Source: Casimicrobiaceae bacterium
Lineage (GTDB): Bacteria > Pseudomonadota > Gammaproteobacteria > Burkholderiales > Casimicrobiaceae
DNA: 30,992 nt
Direction of reading: 5' to 3'
Assembly: GCA_035601875.1 (NCBI GenBank)
Contig: DATNNK010000220.1
Span: forward strand, 1 to 30,992
The position numbers and the translations under genes are program-made. Below the pieces are notes generated by a model that ran no database searches, was not told the origin of the DNA, and saw only the letters and a list, made by a program, of their open reading frames with translations. Below, in pieces: positions 1-9,233 of the stretch (position 1 is its first letter; each line of letters begins with the position of its first letter).

Positions 1-1
1 C

Positions 2-549
<548 letters not shown>

Positions 550-560
550 GGTCCCGCTCC

Positions 561-1382
561 TCAACGATCAAGAAACGCCAGCACCTCGGCGGTGAAACGA
601 CTTGCCGCTTCGGCATTCGAGATATGCGCCGCGTCGAGTTCCACATGCTCCGCGCCCGCTATGACCTCGGCCATGCGTCTGCCCTCCGCGGGCGGCGTCG
701 ACGCATCGTGGGCGCCGGTAACGATCAGCGTCGGCCGGTCTATTCGCGACAGGGTCGCCCACTGATCCATGTCGCGCACCGCCGCGCACGACGCGACATA
801 TCCCTCTGCGGAGCTTGCGATGAGCATGGCGCGCATTCGCTGCACGGTGTCCGCGGCGGCGTCGCGGAATCTCGGCGTAAACCAGACCTCCATGAGCGCA
901 TCGGCGATGTCGCTGACGCCACCTCTGTTGACTGCGTCGATGCGCGCATTCCATCGCTCGGCAGAGCCGATTCGCGGCGCGGTGTTGCACAGCACCAGCC
1001 TGTCGATGCGTTGCGGCGCATGGACACCCAGCCACATCCCGGCCATGCCACCCATCGACAGGCCGCAGAAGTGCGCGCGATTGATTTTGAGCTCGTCCTG
1101 CAGCGCAACGACATCGCGCGCCAGCCGCTCGATGGTGTACGGTCCCGGCGTAACTTCTGACCGCCCGTGGCCGCGGCTGTCGTACCGCAACACGCGAAAT
1201 CGTGCTGCAAATACGGCGACCTGCGGCTCCCACATGTCGAGATTCGTTCCCAGCGAATTCGACAGCACCAGAAATGGCGCGTCGATCGGGCCATCAAGCC
1301 GGTACCGAATTCGTGCGCCGTCGATCGCGGCGAACGAATCCGACTGCGCCTGCTGCGCCAAAGTTGCCGAATCTCGCGTCAT
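561..1382 (-). CDS. pcaD: 3-oxoadipate enol-lactonase
   Basis: SNSLGTNLDMWEPQ, RYDSRGHGRS, GLSMGG nucleophile elbow, C-terminal AAHISN His. Context between pcaG and pcaC. Confidence 0.93.
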   Translation of the reverse strand: MTRDSATLAQQAQSDSFAAIDGARIRYRLDGPIDAPFLVLSNSLGTNLDMWEPQVAVFAARFRVLRYDSRGHGRSEVTPGPYTIERLARDVVALQDELKINRAHFCGLSMGGMAGMWLGVHAPQRIDRLVLCNTAPRIGSAERWNARIDAVNRGGVSDIADALMEVWFTPRFRDAAADTVQRMRAMLIASSAEGYVASCAAVRDMDQWATLSRIDRPTLIVTGAHDASTPPAEGRRMAEVIAGAEHVELDAAHISNAEAASRFTAEVLAFLDR

Positions 1383-1388
1383 GAGCTA

Positions 1389-1955
1389 CTAGAAATCGAA
1401 AAATACCGTCTCGGCCGGTCCCTGAGACACGACGTTCCACTCGAGGATCGATTTTTCAGAGCCAGCGGTGGCGACGAGCGTTGCGCGCCGGTCGGCTGGT
1501 ACGCGCTGCAACACCGGATCGGCTTCGTTGAGCGGCTCATCGGGAAAGTACATCCGCGTAATGAGGTGTCGCAGCATACCGCGCATAAACACCGTCACGA
1601 CCAGATGCGGAGCCTGTTGCCTGCCGTCAGGACCGGCGACCGGGCCCGGCTTGATAGTGGTGAAGCGAAACGCTCCGCCGCCATCGGTGAGGATGCGTCC
1701 GAAGCCGCGAAAAGCGTTCGCCGCTACGGTTTTCTGGCCATGCTCTGGATGCGCGTACTTGCCTTGCGCATCCGCCTGCCAGATTTCCAGGACTCCATCG
1801 TTGACCGGCTTTCCGTCACCGTCGGACATGCGGCCCCGGATGCTGATTCGTTCTCCGGGCACTCCGGCGGGCGCGATGGCGTCGATCAGCAGCGGCAAGA
1901 ATCCGATCCTGAGATAGGGGCCGACCGTTTGTGAAGGCGTGGTGAGCAGGCTCAT
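1389..1955 (-). CDS. pcaG: protocatechuate 3,4-dioxygenase alpha subunit
   Basis: MSLLTTPSQTVGPY, LEIWQADAQGKY, FTTIKPG, QAPHLVVTVFMRGML..LITRMYFPDE. Start moved to the ATG at 1955. Confidence 0.95.
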   Translation of the reverse strand: MSLLTTPSQTVGPYLRIGFLPLLIDAIAPAGVPGERISIRGRMSDGDGKPVNDGVLEIWQADAQGKYAHPEHGQKTVAANAFRGFGRILTDGGGAFRFTTIKPGPVAGPDGRQQAPHLVVTVFMRGMLRHLITRMYFPDEPLNEADPVLQRVPADRRATLVATAGSEKSILEWNVVSQGPAETVFFDF

Positions 1956-1959
1956 GGTG

Positions 1960-2673
1960 TCAGCTGCGGGTCGTTTCCATCGGCGTCTCTTCGCGTCCGC
2001 GGAGCACCATGTCGAACCGATAGGCAAGCGCGATATTGGGAATGGTCCGCTCCCAGTCGAATTGCGAAATCAGCCTCTCGCGCGCTTTCTCGTTCGGGAT
2101 GCTGTTGTACATCGGGTCATACGGCAGCAGCGGATCGCCCGGAAAATACATTTGCGTCACCAGCCGTTGCACCAGGCCCAGACCGAAGAGGGAAAAATGC
2201 AGGTGCGCGGGACGCCAGGCGTTGTAATGATTGCGCCACGGGTACGCCGCGGGCTTGATGGTGATGAAGCGGTATGCGCCGTCCGCACCAGTCAGAACGC
2301 GGCCGACGCCGGTGAAGTTGGGATCGAGTGGCGCATCGTGGTCGTCGACGTCGTGCCGGTAGCGTCCGGCAGAGTTGGCTTGCCACAGCTCGATGAGCGC
2401 ATTCGCGACCGGCTTGCTGTTTTCGTCCAACAACCGGCCGGAAACGACAATGCGCTCGCCAATCGGCGCGCCTTCGTGTTGCGCGGTGAGATCATGATCG
2501 TTGGGCCCGAGATCGGCGGAGCCGAACAGCGGGCCGGTTACTTCGGAAATAGTGTGCGGCAGATGGACAAGCGGCTTCGAGGGAGCGCGCTTGATGGTCG
2601 AGCGATAACCGGGATAGAGGTGCGCCGGCTGAGTATCGAAATACGGCCGCCGGTAACCGAGAACCTTGCTCAT
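1960..2673 (-). CDS. pcaH: protocatechuate 3,4-dioxygenase beta subunit
   Basis: YRSTIKRAPSKPL, WQANSAGRYRH, DPNFTG, KPAAYPWRNHYNAWRPAHLHFS with the two Tyr and two His Fe(III) ligands. Confidence 0.97.
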   Translation of the reverse strand: MSKVLGYRRPYFDTQPAHLYPGYRSTIKRAPSKPLVHLPHTISEVTGPLFGSADLGPNDHDLTAQHEGAPIGERIVVSGRLLDENSKPVANALIELWQANSAGRYRHDVDDHDAPLDPNFTGVGRVLTGADGAYRFITIKPAAYPWRNHYNAWRPAHLHFSLFGLGLVQRLVTQMYFPGDPLLPYDPMYNSIPNEKARERLISQFDWERTIPNIALAYRFDMVLRGREETPMETTRS

Positions 2674-2793
2674 CGATTGCTCCTCCTTTTCGCGGCTCTC
2701 ATTGATCCGCCCGCCGGGCTCCGAACACTGCGGACTTCGACTGATCCATCGACCGCGCCGCCAAATGAACTCGGGCGTGCGCGATCGAAAACG

Positions 2794-3999
2794 TCAGATG
2801 CGCTCGATGATCATCGCGATGCCCTGCCCGACACCGATGCACATGGTACAGAGCGCGTAACGCCCACCCGTTCGGCGCAACTGATACAGCGCCGTGGTCA
2901 CCAATCTTGCGCCGCTCGCCCCAAGCGGATGGCCGAGCGCGATGGCACCGCCGTTGGGGTTGACGTGTTCTGCGTCGTCGGCGATGCCGTGATCGCGCAG
3001 AACGGCCAGCGCCTGCGACGCGAACGCCTCATTGAGCTCGATCACGTCCATGTCACTCAGCTTCAGCCCAGCCTTGGCGAGCACTTTGCGCATCGCCGGC
3101 GCCGGCCCGAAGCCCATGATGCGCGGCGCAACGCCCGCGACTGCCGCCGCGACCACGCGCGCCTTCGGTTCCAATCCGAATTTCTTCGCCGCCTCTGCCG
3201 ATGCGATGAGCACCGCGCAGGCGCCGTCGTTGACCCCCGAGGCATTGCCTGCCGTGACCGTTCCGTCGGGTTTGACGACGCCTTTGAGCCTGGACAGCGA
3301 TTCCAGCGTCGTGTCGGCCCGCGGATGCTCGTCTTTGTCGACGACGAGCGGATTGCCCTTTTTCTGCGGGATCGTGACCGGAACGATTTCTTCCGCCAGA
3401 CGTCCGTCTTTCATCGCTGCCGCCGCGCGTTGCTGACTGCGCAGGGCGAAAGCGTCCTGGTCCGCGCGCGAGATCTTGAAATCGGCGGCGACGTTCTCGG
3501 CCGTCTCAGGCATCGAGTCGACGCCATATTTCGCCTTCATCAGCGGATTCACGAAGCGCCAGCCGATGGTCGTATCGTAGACCTGCGCCGAGCGCGAAAA
3601 CGCGGACTCGGCCTTGCCCATCACGAACGGCGCTCGCGACATGCTTTCGACACCGCCGGCGATCGTCAGCGAAGCTTCTCCGCTTTTGATGGCGCGCGCG
3701 GCGACGGCGACGGCATCCATGCTCGAGCCGCACAGCCGATTGACGGTCGACCCTGGGACTTCGGTCGGCAATCCTGCCAGCAGCAGCGACATGCGCGCCA
3801 CGTTACGGTTATCTTCGCCGGCCTGGTTGGCGCAGCCGTAGACGACGTCGTCGATCGCTGACCAGTCAACTTTGGTGTTGCGCTCGATCAGCGCACGGAT
3901 CGGCACCGCGCCCAAGTCGTCGGTGCGAACGTTCGCAAGTCCACCACCATAACGTCCAATGGGCGTGCGTACCGCATCACAGATGAAAGCATCCAGCAT
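2794..3999 (-). CDS. pcaF: beta-ketoadipyl-CoA thiolase
   Basis: DAVRTPIGRYGG, GCANQAGEDNRNVARM, NRLCGSSMDA (catalytic Cys), NEAFASQ, GGAIALGHPLG, MCIGVGQG. Context in the pca cluster. Confidence 0.95.
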   Translation of the reverse strand: MLDAFICDAVRTPIGRYGGGLANVRTDDLGAVPIRALIERNTKVDWSAIDDVVYGCANQAGEDNRNVARMSLLLAGLPTEVPGSTVNRLCGSSMDAVAVAARAIKSGEASLTIAGGVESMSRAPFVMGKAESAFSRSAQVYDTTIGWRFVNPLMKAKYGVDSMPETAENVAADFKISRADQDAFALRSQQRAAAAMKDGRLAEEIVPVTIPQKKGNPLVVDKDEHPRADTTLESLSRLKGVVKPDGTVTAGNASGVNDGACAVLIASAEAAKKFGLEPKARVVAAAVAGVAPRIMGFGPAPAMRKVLAKAGLKLSDMDVIELNEAFASQALAVLRDHGIADDAEHVNPNGGAIALGHPLGASGARLVTTALYQLRRTGGRYALCTMCIGVGQGIAMIIERI

Positions 4000-4023
4000 G
4001 GGGTGTCCTAGATAGAGTGCACG

Positions 4024-4677
4024 TTAGCCGGCCGTGGCGGAAGCTCGCCGAAGCGGCACGCCGGTGATGCGGGCGAGCTCGTCGAACGCGAGCCCGTCGA
4101 CGGTCTCGACCACCGCCAGGCCCTCCGGCGTAACGTCGATCACCGCCAGGTCGGTGTAGATGCGATTGACGCACTTCACTCCCGTCAACGGATAAGTGCA
4201 GTGGGCAACGATCTTGCTTTCGCCACCTTTGGTCTGATGATCCATCATGACGAAAACGCGCTTGGCGCCGATGGCCAGATCCATCGCGCCTCCGACCGCG
4301 GGAATCGCATTCGGTGCGCCGGTGTGCCAGTTGGCGAGGTCCCCGGAGGCGGACACCTGGAACGCGCCGAGCACGCAAAAATCGAGATGCCCGCCACGCA
4401 TCATCGCGAATGAATCGGCGTGATGGAAATAGGCGCCGCCAGTGAGCAAAGTGACCGGTTGCTTGCCGGCGTTGATCAGGTCGGGATCCTCGGAACCGGC
4501 AGCCGGCGCCGGACCCATACCGAGCAAACCGTTTTCGCTGTGCAGGAAAATCTCGCGCTCTTTCGGCAGGTGATTGGCGACCATCGTCGGCAAGCCGATG
4601 CCCAGATTGACGTAGGCGCCTTCGGGAATGTCGCGCGCGACGCGGGCGGCCATTTGATCTCGGGTGAAGCGCTTCAT
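4024..4677 (-). CDS. pcaJ: 3-oxoadipate CoA-transferase subunit B
   Basis: MKRFTRDQMAARVARDIPEGAYVNLGIGLPT, HSENGLLGMGP (catalytic Glu), GGAMDLA. Start moved to the ATG at 4677; the track's upstream extension overlaps pcaI. Confidence 0.95.
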   Translation of the reverse strand: MKRFTRDQMAARVARDIPEGAYVNLGIGLPTMVANHLPKEREIFLHSENGLLGMGPAPAAGSEDPDLINAGKQPVTLLTGGAYFHHADSFAMMRGGHLDFCVLGAFQVSASGDLANWHTGAPNAIPAVGGAMDLAIGAKRVFVMMDHQTKGGESKIVAHCTYPLTGVKCVNRIYTDLAVIDVTPEGLAVVETVDGLAFDELARITGVPLRRASATAG

Positions 4678-4687
4678 GGGTGGAACC

Positions 4688-5386
4688 TCATGCGGCAGCC
4701 TGCGGCGGCGAGAGCTGGTCGGGAACATCGATCTCCACGACGCGTTGAACGAAGATCCCCGGCGTGACGATCGCTTCCGGATCCAGTTCACCCAACGCGA
4801 CCACCTTTCGCACCTGCGCGATGGCGCACTTTGCGGCGGAGGCCATGATCGGTCCGAAGTTGCGCGCGGTCTTGCGATACACAAGATTGCCCCAGCGGTC
4901 GCCCTTGTCGGCCTTGATCAGCGCGAAATCCGCGGCGATCGGATATTCGAGCACGTAGCCGCGGCCATTGATGACGCGGGTTTCCTTGCCTTCGGCGAGT
5001 GGTGTCCCATACGCAGTCGGAGTGAAGAATGCTCCGATCCCGGCTCCGGCTGCCCGTATGCGCTCGGCGAGATTGCCCTGCGGCACAAGCTCGAGCTCGA
5101 TCTCGCCCGCATGATAGAGCGCGTCGAAGACATACGAATCGGTCTGCCGTGGAAAGGAACAGATGATCTTGCGCACCCTTTTGGCCTTCAGGAGCGCCGC
5201 GAGGCCGATGTCTGCATTGCCGGCATTGTTGTTCACGATGGTGAGATCGCGTGCCCCGTGCTGGATGAGCGCATCGATGAGCTCGGAGGGCATACCGGCG
5301 GTGCCAAAGCCGCCGATCATGACCGTCGCGCCGTCAGCAATGTCTGCGACAGCGGCGCTGGGCGAGGCAACGGTCTTGTCGATCAT
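4688..5386 (-). CDS. pcaI: 3-oxoadipate CoA-transferase subunit A
   Basis: MIDKTVAS..ADIADGATVMIGGFG, NNNAGN, LVPQGNLAERIRAAGAGIGAF, NLVYRKTARNFGP. GGAGGA RBS before the ATG at 5386. Confidence 0.95.
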   Translation of the reverse strand: MIDKTVASPSAAVADIADGATVMIGGFGTAGMPSELIDALIQHGARDLTIVNNNAGNADIGLAALLKAKRVRKIICSFPRQTDSYVFDALYHAGEIELELVPQGNLAERIRAAGAGIGAFFTPTAYGTPLAEGKETRVINGRGYVLEYPIAADFALIKADKGDRWGNLVYRKTARNFGPIMASAAKCAIAQVRKVVALGELDPEAIVTPGIFVQRVVEIDVPDQLSPPQAAA

Positions 5387-5446
5387 GTCTCCTCCGGCAC
5401 GGGCCTCAGGGCGGCCCCTTAAAGGGATGGCCAAGGGAACCGCCTT

Positions 5447-5546
5447 GTGCGATTATCGGATAATCGTGCGATGAACGAACAAATTTTACCTGGTGGCGAT
5501 GCAGCCGTCAACGGGCGGTTATCGAAATATTGTGCGTTTATCGAAC
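5447..5546. promoter_or_regulatory. four PcaR/PcaU-type operator boxes in the pcaI/pcaR divergent region
   Basis: GTGCGATTATCGGAT (5447-5461), GTGCGATGAACGAAC (5466-5480), GGGCGGTTATCGAAA (5513-5527) and GTGCGTTTATCGAAC (5532-5546) match 12-14 of 15 positions of GTGCGATTATCGAAC. That is the reverse complement of the PcaR box GTTCGATAATCGCAC as I recall it. Confidence 0.8.
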
Positions 5547-5587
5547 TCCGGATAAGATTACCGGTGTCAGTGCTGCGGAAACGCCTC

Positions 5588-6496
5588 ATGCCATCCTCGA
5601 CGATGCGAACGCCAAAAGACCCGCCACTCCCGGGAAAGCGCGCCGCCCGGGCAGCGCCGGTCAAGAAGGATGCGGGCATTGTCGCGCCGAAACCACGGCT
5701 CGTCACGCCGGCGTCGGAGATCGACGGCTTGACCGGCGATCCGAACTTCATGACCTCGCTCGCCCGCGGGCTTGCGGTCATCCGCGCCTTCACGCAGCAG
5801 CGCCGGCACCTCACCATCGCGCAACTGAGCCATCGAACGGGCATACCGCGCGCGGCCGTGCGGCGCTGCCTCTACACGCTGGCAAAACTCGGCTACGTGG
5901 TCGCCGACGAAGCGCGCGGTTACTCGCTGCGGCCCGGCATACTGGCGCTCGGCCATGCCTATCTTTCGTCGACTCCGTTGGCGACGATGGTGCAGCCGCT
6001 CCTCGATCACATCAGCGATGCACTGCACGAGTCGAGCTCGATGGCGGTCCTGGAAAGCGATGAAATCCTCTATATCGCCCGCTCGACGACAACGACCCGC
6101 TTGATGTCGATCGACCTCGGGCTCGGCAGCCGCCTGCCGGCGTATTGCTCATCGATGGGGCGCGTGCTGCTGGCGTCGCTCTCGGGGCAGGAGCTCGACG
6201 CTTATCTTTCGAGGGTGAAGCTCACGCGGCTCACCAAGCGCACGATCGTATCGGCGCCCGAGCTCAAGCGCGCGCTCGACCAAGTTCGCCGCAACGGATT
6301 TTCGCTGGTCGATCAGGAACTGGAAATCGGCTTGCGCTCGATCGCGGTGCCAGTGACGGATCCGTCCGGCAAGGTCGTTGCCTCCATCAACGTCGGCACC
6401 CAGTCGGCTCGGGTGTCGGTCGCCGAGATGGAATCCAAGTTCCTGCCGGCGCTGCTCCACGCCGCGCGCGAGCTGGGCACCTTGCTCCCGCGCTAG
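5588..6496 (+). CDS. pcaR: IclR-family regulator, PcaR/PcaU/PobR subfamily
   Basis: FMTSLARGLAVIRAF...LTIAQLSHRTGIPRAAVRRCLYTL HTH, GSRLPAYCSSMGRVLLA, DQELEIGLRSIAVPV. Divergent from pcaI. Start uncertain (5588 or 5603); the track's start at 5447 runs through the operators. Confidence 0.88.
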   Translation: MPSSTMRTPKDPPLPGKRAARAAPVKKDAGIVAPKPRLVTPASEIDGLTGDPNFMTSLARGLAVIRAFTQQRRHLTIAQLSHRTGIPRAAVRRCLYTLAKLGYVVADEARGYSLRPGILALGHAYLSSTPLATMVQPLLDHISDALHESSSMAVLESDEILYIARSTTTTRLMSIDLGLGSRLPAYCSSMGRVLLASLSGQELDAYLSRVKLTRLTKRTIVSAPELKRALDQVRRNGFSLVDQELEIGLRSIAVPVTDPSGKVVASINVGTQSARVSVAEMESKFLPALLHAARELGTLLPR

Positions 6497-6500
6497 TGCA

Positions 6501-6812
6501 CTAGGAAACCGGTATCTCCATCTCCAAAAGCGCGTAACTCAGCGATTTCCCGTGAGCGTCCAGCGCAAGCGATGTGGTCACCCCGCCGCTCAGCGACCGC
6601 GCGCACACGAATTGGAGCGCCCACAGCGCGGGCAGCTCAAAGCGCCGGATGTCGCCTTCCACGATTCCGCGAAGATGCTTCGCCACAGCGTCGATCGTCA
6701 CCTGCGCCGCGAGCAAGGGATAGTCCTCGGCCCGATACGCGATCAGCGACAGGATCGACGTGTTCCCCTTGTCGCCGGCGCGGCAATGCGCCAGCTCATG
6801 CAGCTTTGGCAT
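6501..6812 (-). CDS. small AtuA-related protein (resembles the C-terminal domain of long AtuA/DUF1446 proteins)
   Basis: MPKLHELAHCRAGDKGNTSILSLIAY...RRFELPALWALQFV...LSGGVTTSLALDAHGKSLS. AH-x-R-x-GDKGN and DxHGK motifs, AAGGAG RBS, overlaps the end of the upstream gene. Confidence 0.82.
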   Translation of the reverse strand: MPKLHELAHCRAGDKGNTSILSLIAYRAEDYPLLAAQVTIDAVAKHLRGIVEGDIRRFELPALWALQFVCARSLSGGVTTSLALDAHGKSLSYALLEMEIPVS

Positions 6813-8139
6813 TGCCTGCATACTCCTTGATGGTGACTTTGGCCGTAACCTGCTCGCGGTCGACCAGCGTCGAGACGATTCCGATCTGCTCGTGTACGTA
6901 CTTGCGCGTGCCACCGCCGCCCGCGGGACCGTTGGTGTAGAGCGCCTCGACCTCCTCGCCGACTATCATCGCCAGCTCGGCCGACTTTGCGCGGGCCGCG
7001 ACCCGCAAACGGACTTCGTAGGGATGCGCCGCAGGGTCGAACGATCTGCCGTGCATCGATGTTGCGCCGATCAGATCGACGCGCATGTCGGGGAATAGGC
7101 GGCCAATACGCTCGCGAATGATCTCGCCCGCGAGTCGGGCTCGCGCGACTGCGTTGGCGCCGGCGTATCCGATTTCGCCCTCACCCACATATCCCGCAAG
7201 ATAGCCCACGCTAACCTTGAGCTCGCGCGGACGCGCCCTGCCGCGCGCGCCGCTCACCGCGACGCGGTCCGAACCGGATTCGCGCAGCGTAACCTTGGAG
7301 AAGTCGGCGATGACGTCCGGCGTAACGTAACCGAAGGGATCGGTAACCTCGTAGAGTAGCTGTTCCTTTGCGTTCGCCAGAGTAATACGCCCGCCGGTGC
7401 CTTCGGCCTTGCCGAAGGTCGCGTCGCCCTCCGGGTCGACGTCGGCGTAGGGGAATCCGAGGTTCGCCATGTCCGGTACCTCCTTGGGTCCGGGTTCCGC
7501 GTAATAGCCTCCGCACAGTTGCCCGGCACACTCGAGCAAATGGCCGACCGACGTTCCCCGCGCCAACCGGTCGTAGTCGTCGAGCGCCCATCCGTAGCGA
7601 TGGGCCATGGGCGCGACGAACAAGGAGGGATCGGCAACGCGGCCGGTGATGACCATGTCGGCTCCTGTTTCGAGCGCGGGCAACAATGCTGCAACGCCAA
7701 GATATGCGTTCGCGGAAACGAGCTCGCCGAAATCGGCGAGCGGCGTGTGTGTCTCGAGGGTGCGCGCAGCCGGATCGATTTCCGCCAGCACGTCGTCGCC
7801 GGTGATCACCGCCACGCGAATCGAAATTCCCTGACGGCGTGCGATAGTAATGACGGCGTCTGCCGCAGCCAGTGGGTTGGCGGCGCCCATGTTGGTGACC
7901 AGCCTGAAGCGGCGTGCCTGGAGCTCTGGCAGCAGAAGCTCGATGCGCCGTTCGAGCAGCGGGTCGTATCCTCGGGCAGGATCCTTGCGCTTGCGAAGTT
8001 GCGCCAGAGCAATCGTGCGCTCGGCCAGGCACTCGAGGACCAGGTAGTCGATCCCGCCTCGTGCGGCGAGAACGACTGCCGGCTCGAGCCGGTCGCCCGA
8101 GAATCCGGCACCGCAACCGATCCGCAGCGGTTTCGCCAT
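6796..8139 (-). CDS. acyclic terpene utilization AtuA family (DUF1446) protein
   Basis: LRIGCGAGFSGDR, DYLVLECLAERT, TNMGAANP, ANAYLG, VITGRVADPSLF, GHLLECAGQLCGGY, EQLLYEV..P..Y.TPDV.ADF, EALYTNGPAGGGG. Confidence 0.9.
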   Translation of the reverse strand: MAKPLRIGCGAGFSGDRLEPAVVLAARGGIDYLVLECLAERTIALAQLRKRKDPARGYDPLLERRIELLLPELQARRFRLVTNMGAANPLAAADAVITIARRQGISIRVAVITGDDVLAEIDPAARTLETHTPLADFGELVSANAYLGVAALLPALETGADMVITGRVADPSLFVAPMAHRYGWALDDYDRLARGTSVGHLLECAGQLCGGYYAEPGPKEVPDMANLGFPYADVDPEGDATFGKAEGTGGRITLANAKEQLLYEVTDPFGYVTPDVIADFSKVTLRESGSDRVAVSGARGRARPRELKVSVGYLAGYVGEGEIGYAGANAVARARLAGEIIRERIGRLFPDMRVDLIGATSMHGRSFDPAAHPYEVRLRVAARAKSAELAMIVGEEVEALYTNGPAGGGGTRKYVHEQIGIVSTLVDREQVTAKVTIKEYAGNAKAA

Positions 8140-8155
8140 GTCGACGTGAGCGGCT

Positions 8156-9163
8156 TCAGTCGCCAGGAAGACTCTGCACTTCGGGAAAGAAGAAATCCTT
8201 CCAGGAGCCGGGCTTGGTCTTGATAGCGCCGATCTTGTACATGAAGTCCGCCGTCTTGCCTACCTTTTGCGGCGTCAGCGTGTACGCGTAATCGGCCGCG
8301 CTGATCATGCCGTAGATGTCGTCGACCGTACTCTTGGTGTCCTTGGCCTGTTCCAGATAGACCTTGGCCGCCGCGCGCTTATCCTTGTTGATGCTATCGA
8401 TCGCTTCTTTCAGCGCGTCATAGAACGCCTTGTAGGATTTCGGATTGGCATCGCGATACTTCGTCGATGTGGCAAGGACAACGGCAGTTGCCGGGCCACC
8501 TAGAATTTCATATGAGGTGGTCAACGTCCTCATGCCAGGAATTTTCATCTCCTGCTCGTGAAATGGTGACGTCGTGAAGTGGGCATCGACTCCACCGCTA
8601 TTGTTGGTGATCGCGAGCAGCCCGTCGGGGTGCGACAGCCCTACGGTCCACGGGTCCAGTCGTGCGTAATTGGCATCACCGAATTCTTTCGCCGCCGCCA
8701 TCTGCAGCATGATGGCTTGAGTCGAGACTTTGATCGACGGCACCGCGATCTTGTCCTTGTCGCTGAAGTCGCGGATCGATTTCACGCTCGGATTGCGCAC
8801 GTTGAGATACAGGGGATAGGTTGTCATTGCCGATAGACCCTTGACCTGCACGTTGCTCTGGGTCTTGTCCCACAAGGTGATCAAAGACGGCGCGCCGACT
8901 GCGATGAACTGGATCGCTCCGCTGATAACGCCATCGTTCATCACACTGGGCCCGGCAACCTTGACCCAATTGACCTTGACATCGCTCAAGCCGGCGGCTT
9001 TGGCGTGTTTTTCGACGAGCTTGTCACGCTGCATCACCATTAGCGGCAGGAAGCTCACGCCATATTGCTGGGCGACGTTGATCTCCGCCAGCTCAGCGTA
9101 GGCCGGCATTCCGGTAACCGCCAGAAACAATGCGAGTACGAACCGATTGATAACAGGCATCAC
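8156..9163 (-). CDS. ABC-type periplasmic substrate-binding protein (NitT/TauT/SsuA-like)
   Basis: Signal peptide ending AYA-E, QQYGVSFLPLMVM, DKIAVPSIKVSTQAIMLQMAA, LSHPDG, HFTTSPF, C-terminal WKDFFFPE. Confidence 0.85.
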   Translation of the reverse strand: MMPVINRFVLALFLAVTGMPAYAELAEINVAQQYGVSFLPLMVMQRDKLVEKHAKAAGLSDVKVNWVKVAGPSVMNDGVISGAIQFIAVGAPSLITLWDKTQSNVQVKGLSAMTTYPLYLNVRNPSVKSIRDFSDKDKIAVPSIKVSTQAIMLQMAAAKEFGDANYARLDPWTVGLSHPDGLLAITNNSGGVDAHFTTSPFHEQEMKIPGMRTLTTSYEILGGPATAVVLATSTKYRDANPKSYKAFYDALKEAIDSINKDKRAAAKVYLEQAKDTKSTVDDIYGMISAADYAYTLTPQKVGKTADFMYKIGAIKTKPGSWKDFFFPEVQSLPGD

Positions 9164-9233
9164 TCCTCCTCGAACAGCATGCGCCGCGGCCTTACTGCTC
9201 GAATTTAGACAACCGGCGCCTAACGTCGATCTC

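Noticed and set aside
1939-3861. Long opposite-strand ORFs in the track (e.g. 1939..3861 +, 4664..5422 +, 9147..10181 +, 13666..14934 +, 15768..17201 -, 19912..20970 +, 28945..30057 -)
   Set aside because: They are antisense shadows of well-supported genes, expected in high-GC DNA with strong codon bias. They are Arg/Ala-rich and show no family motifs.
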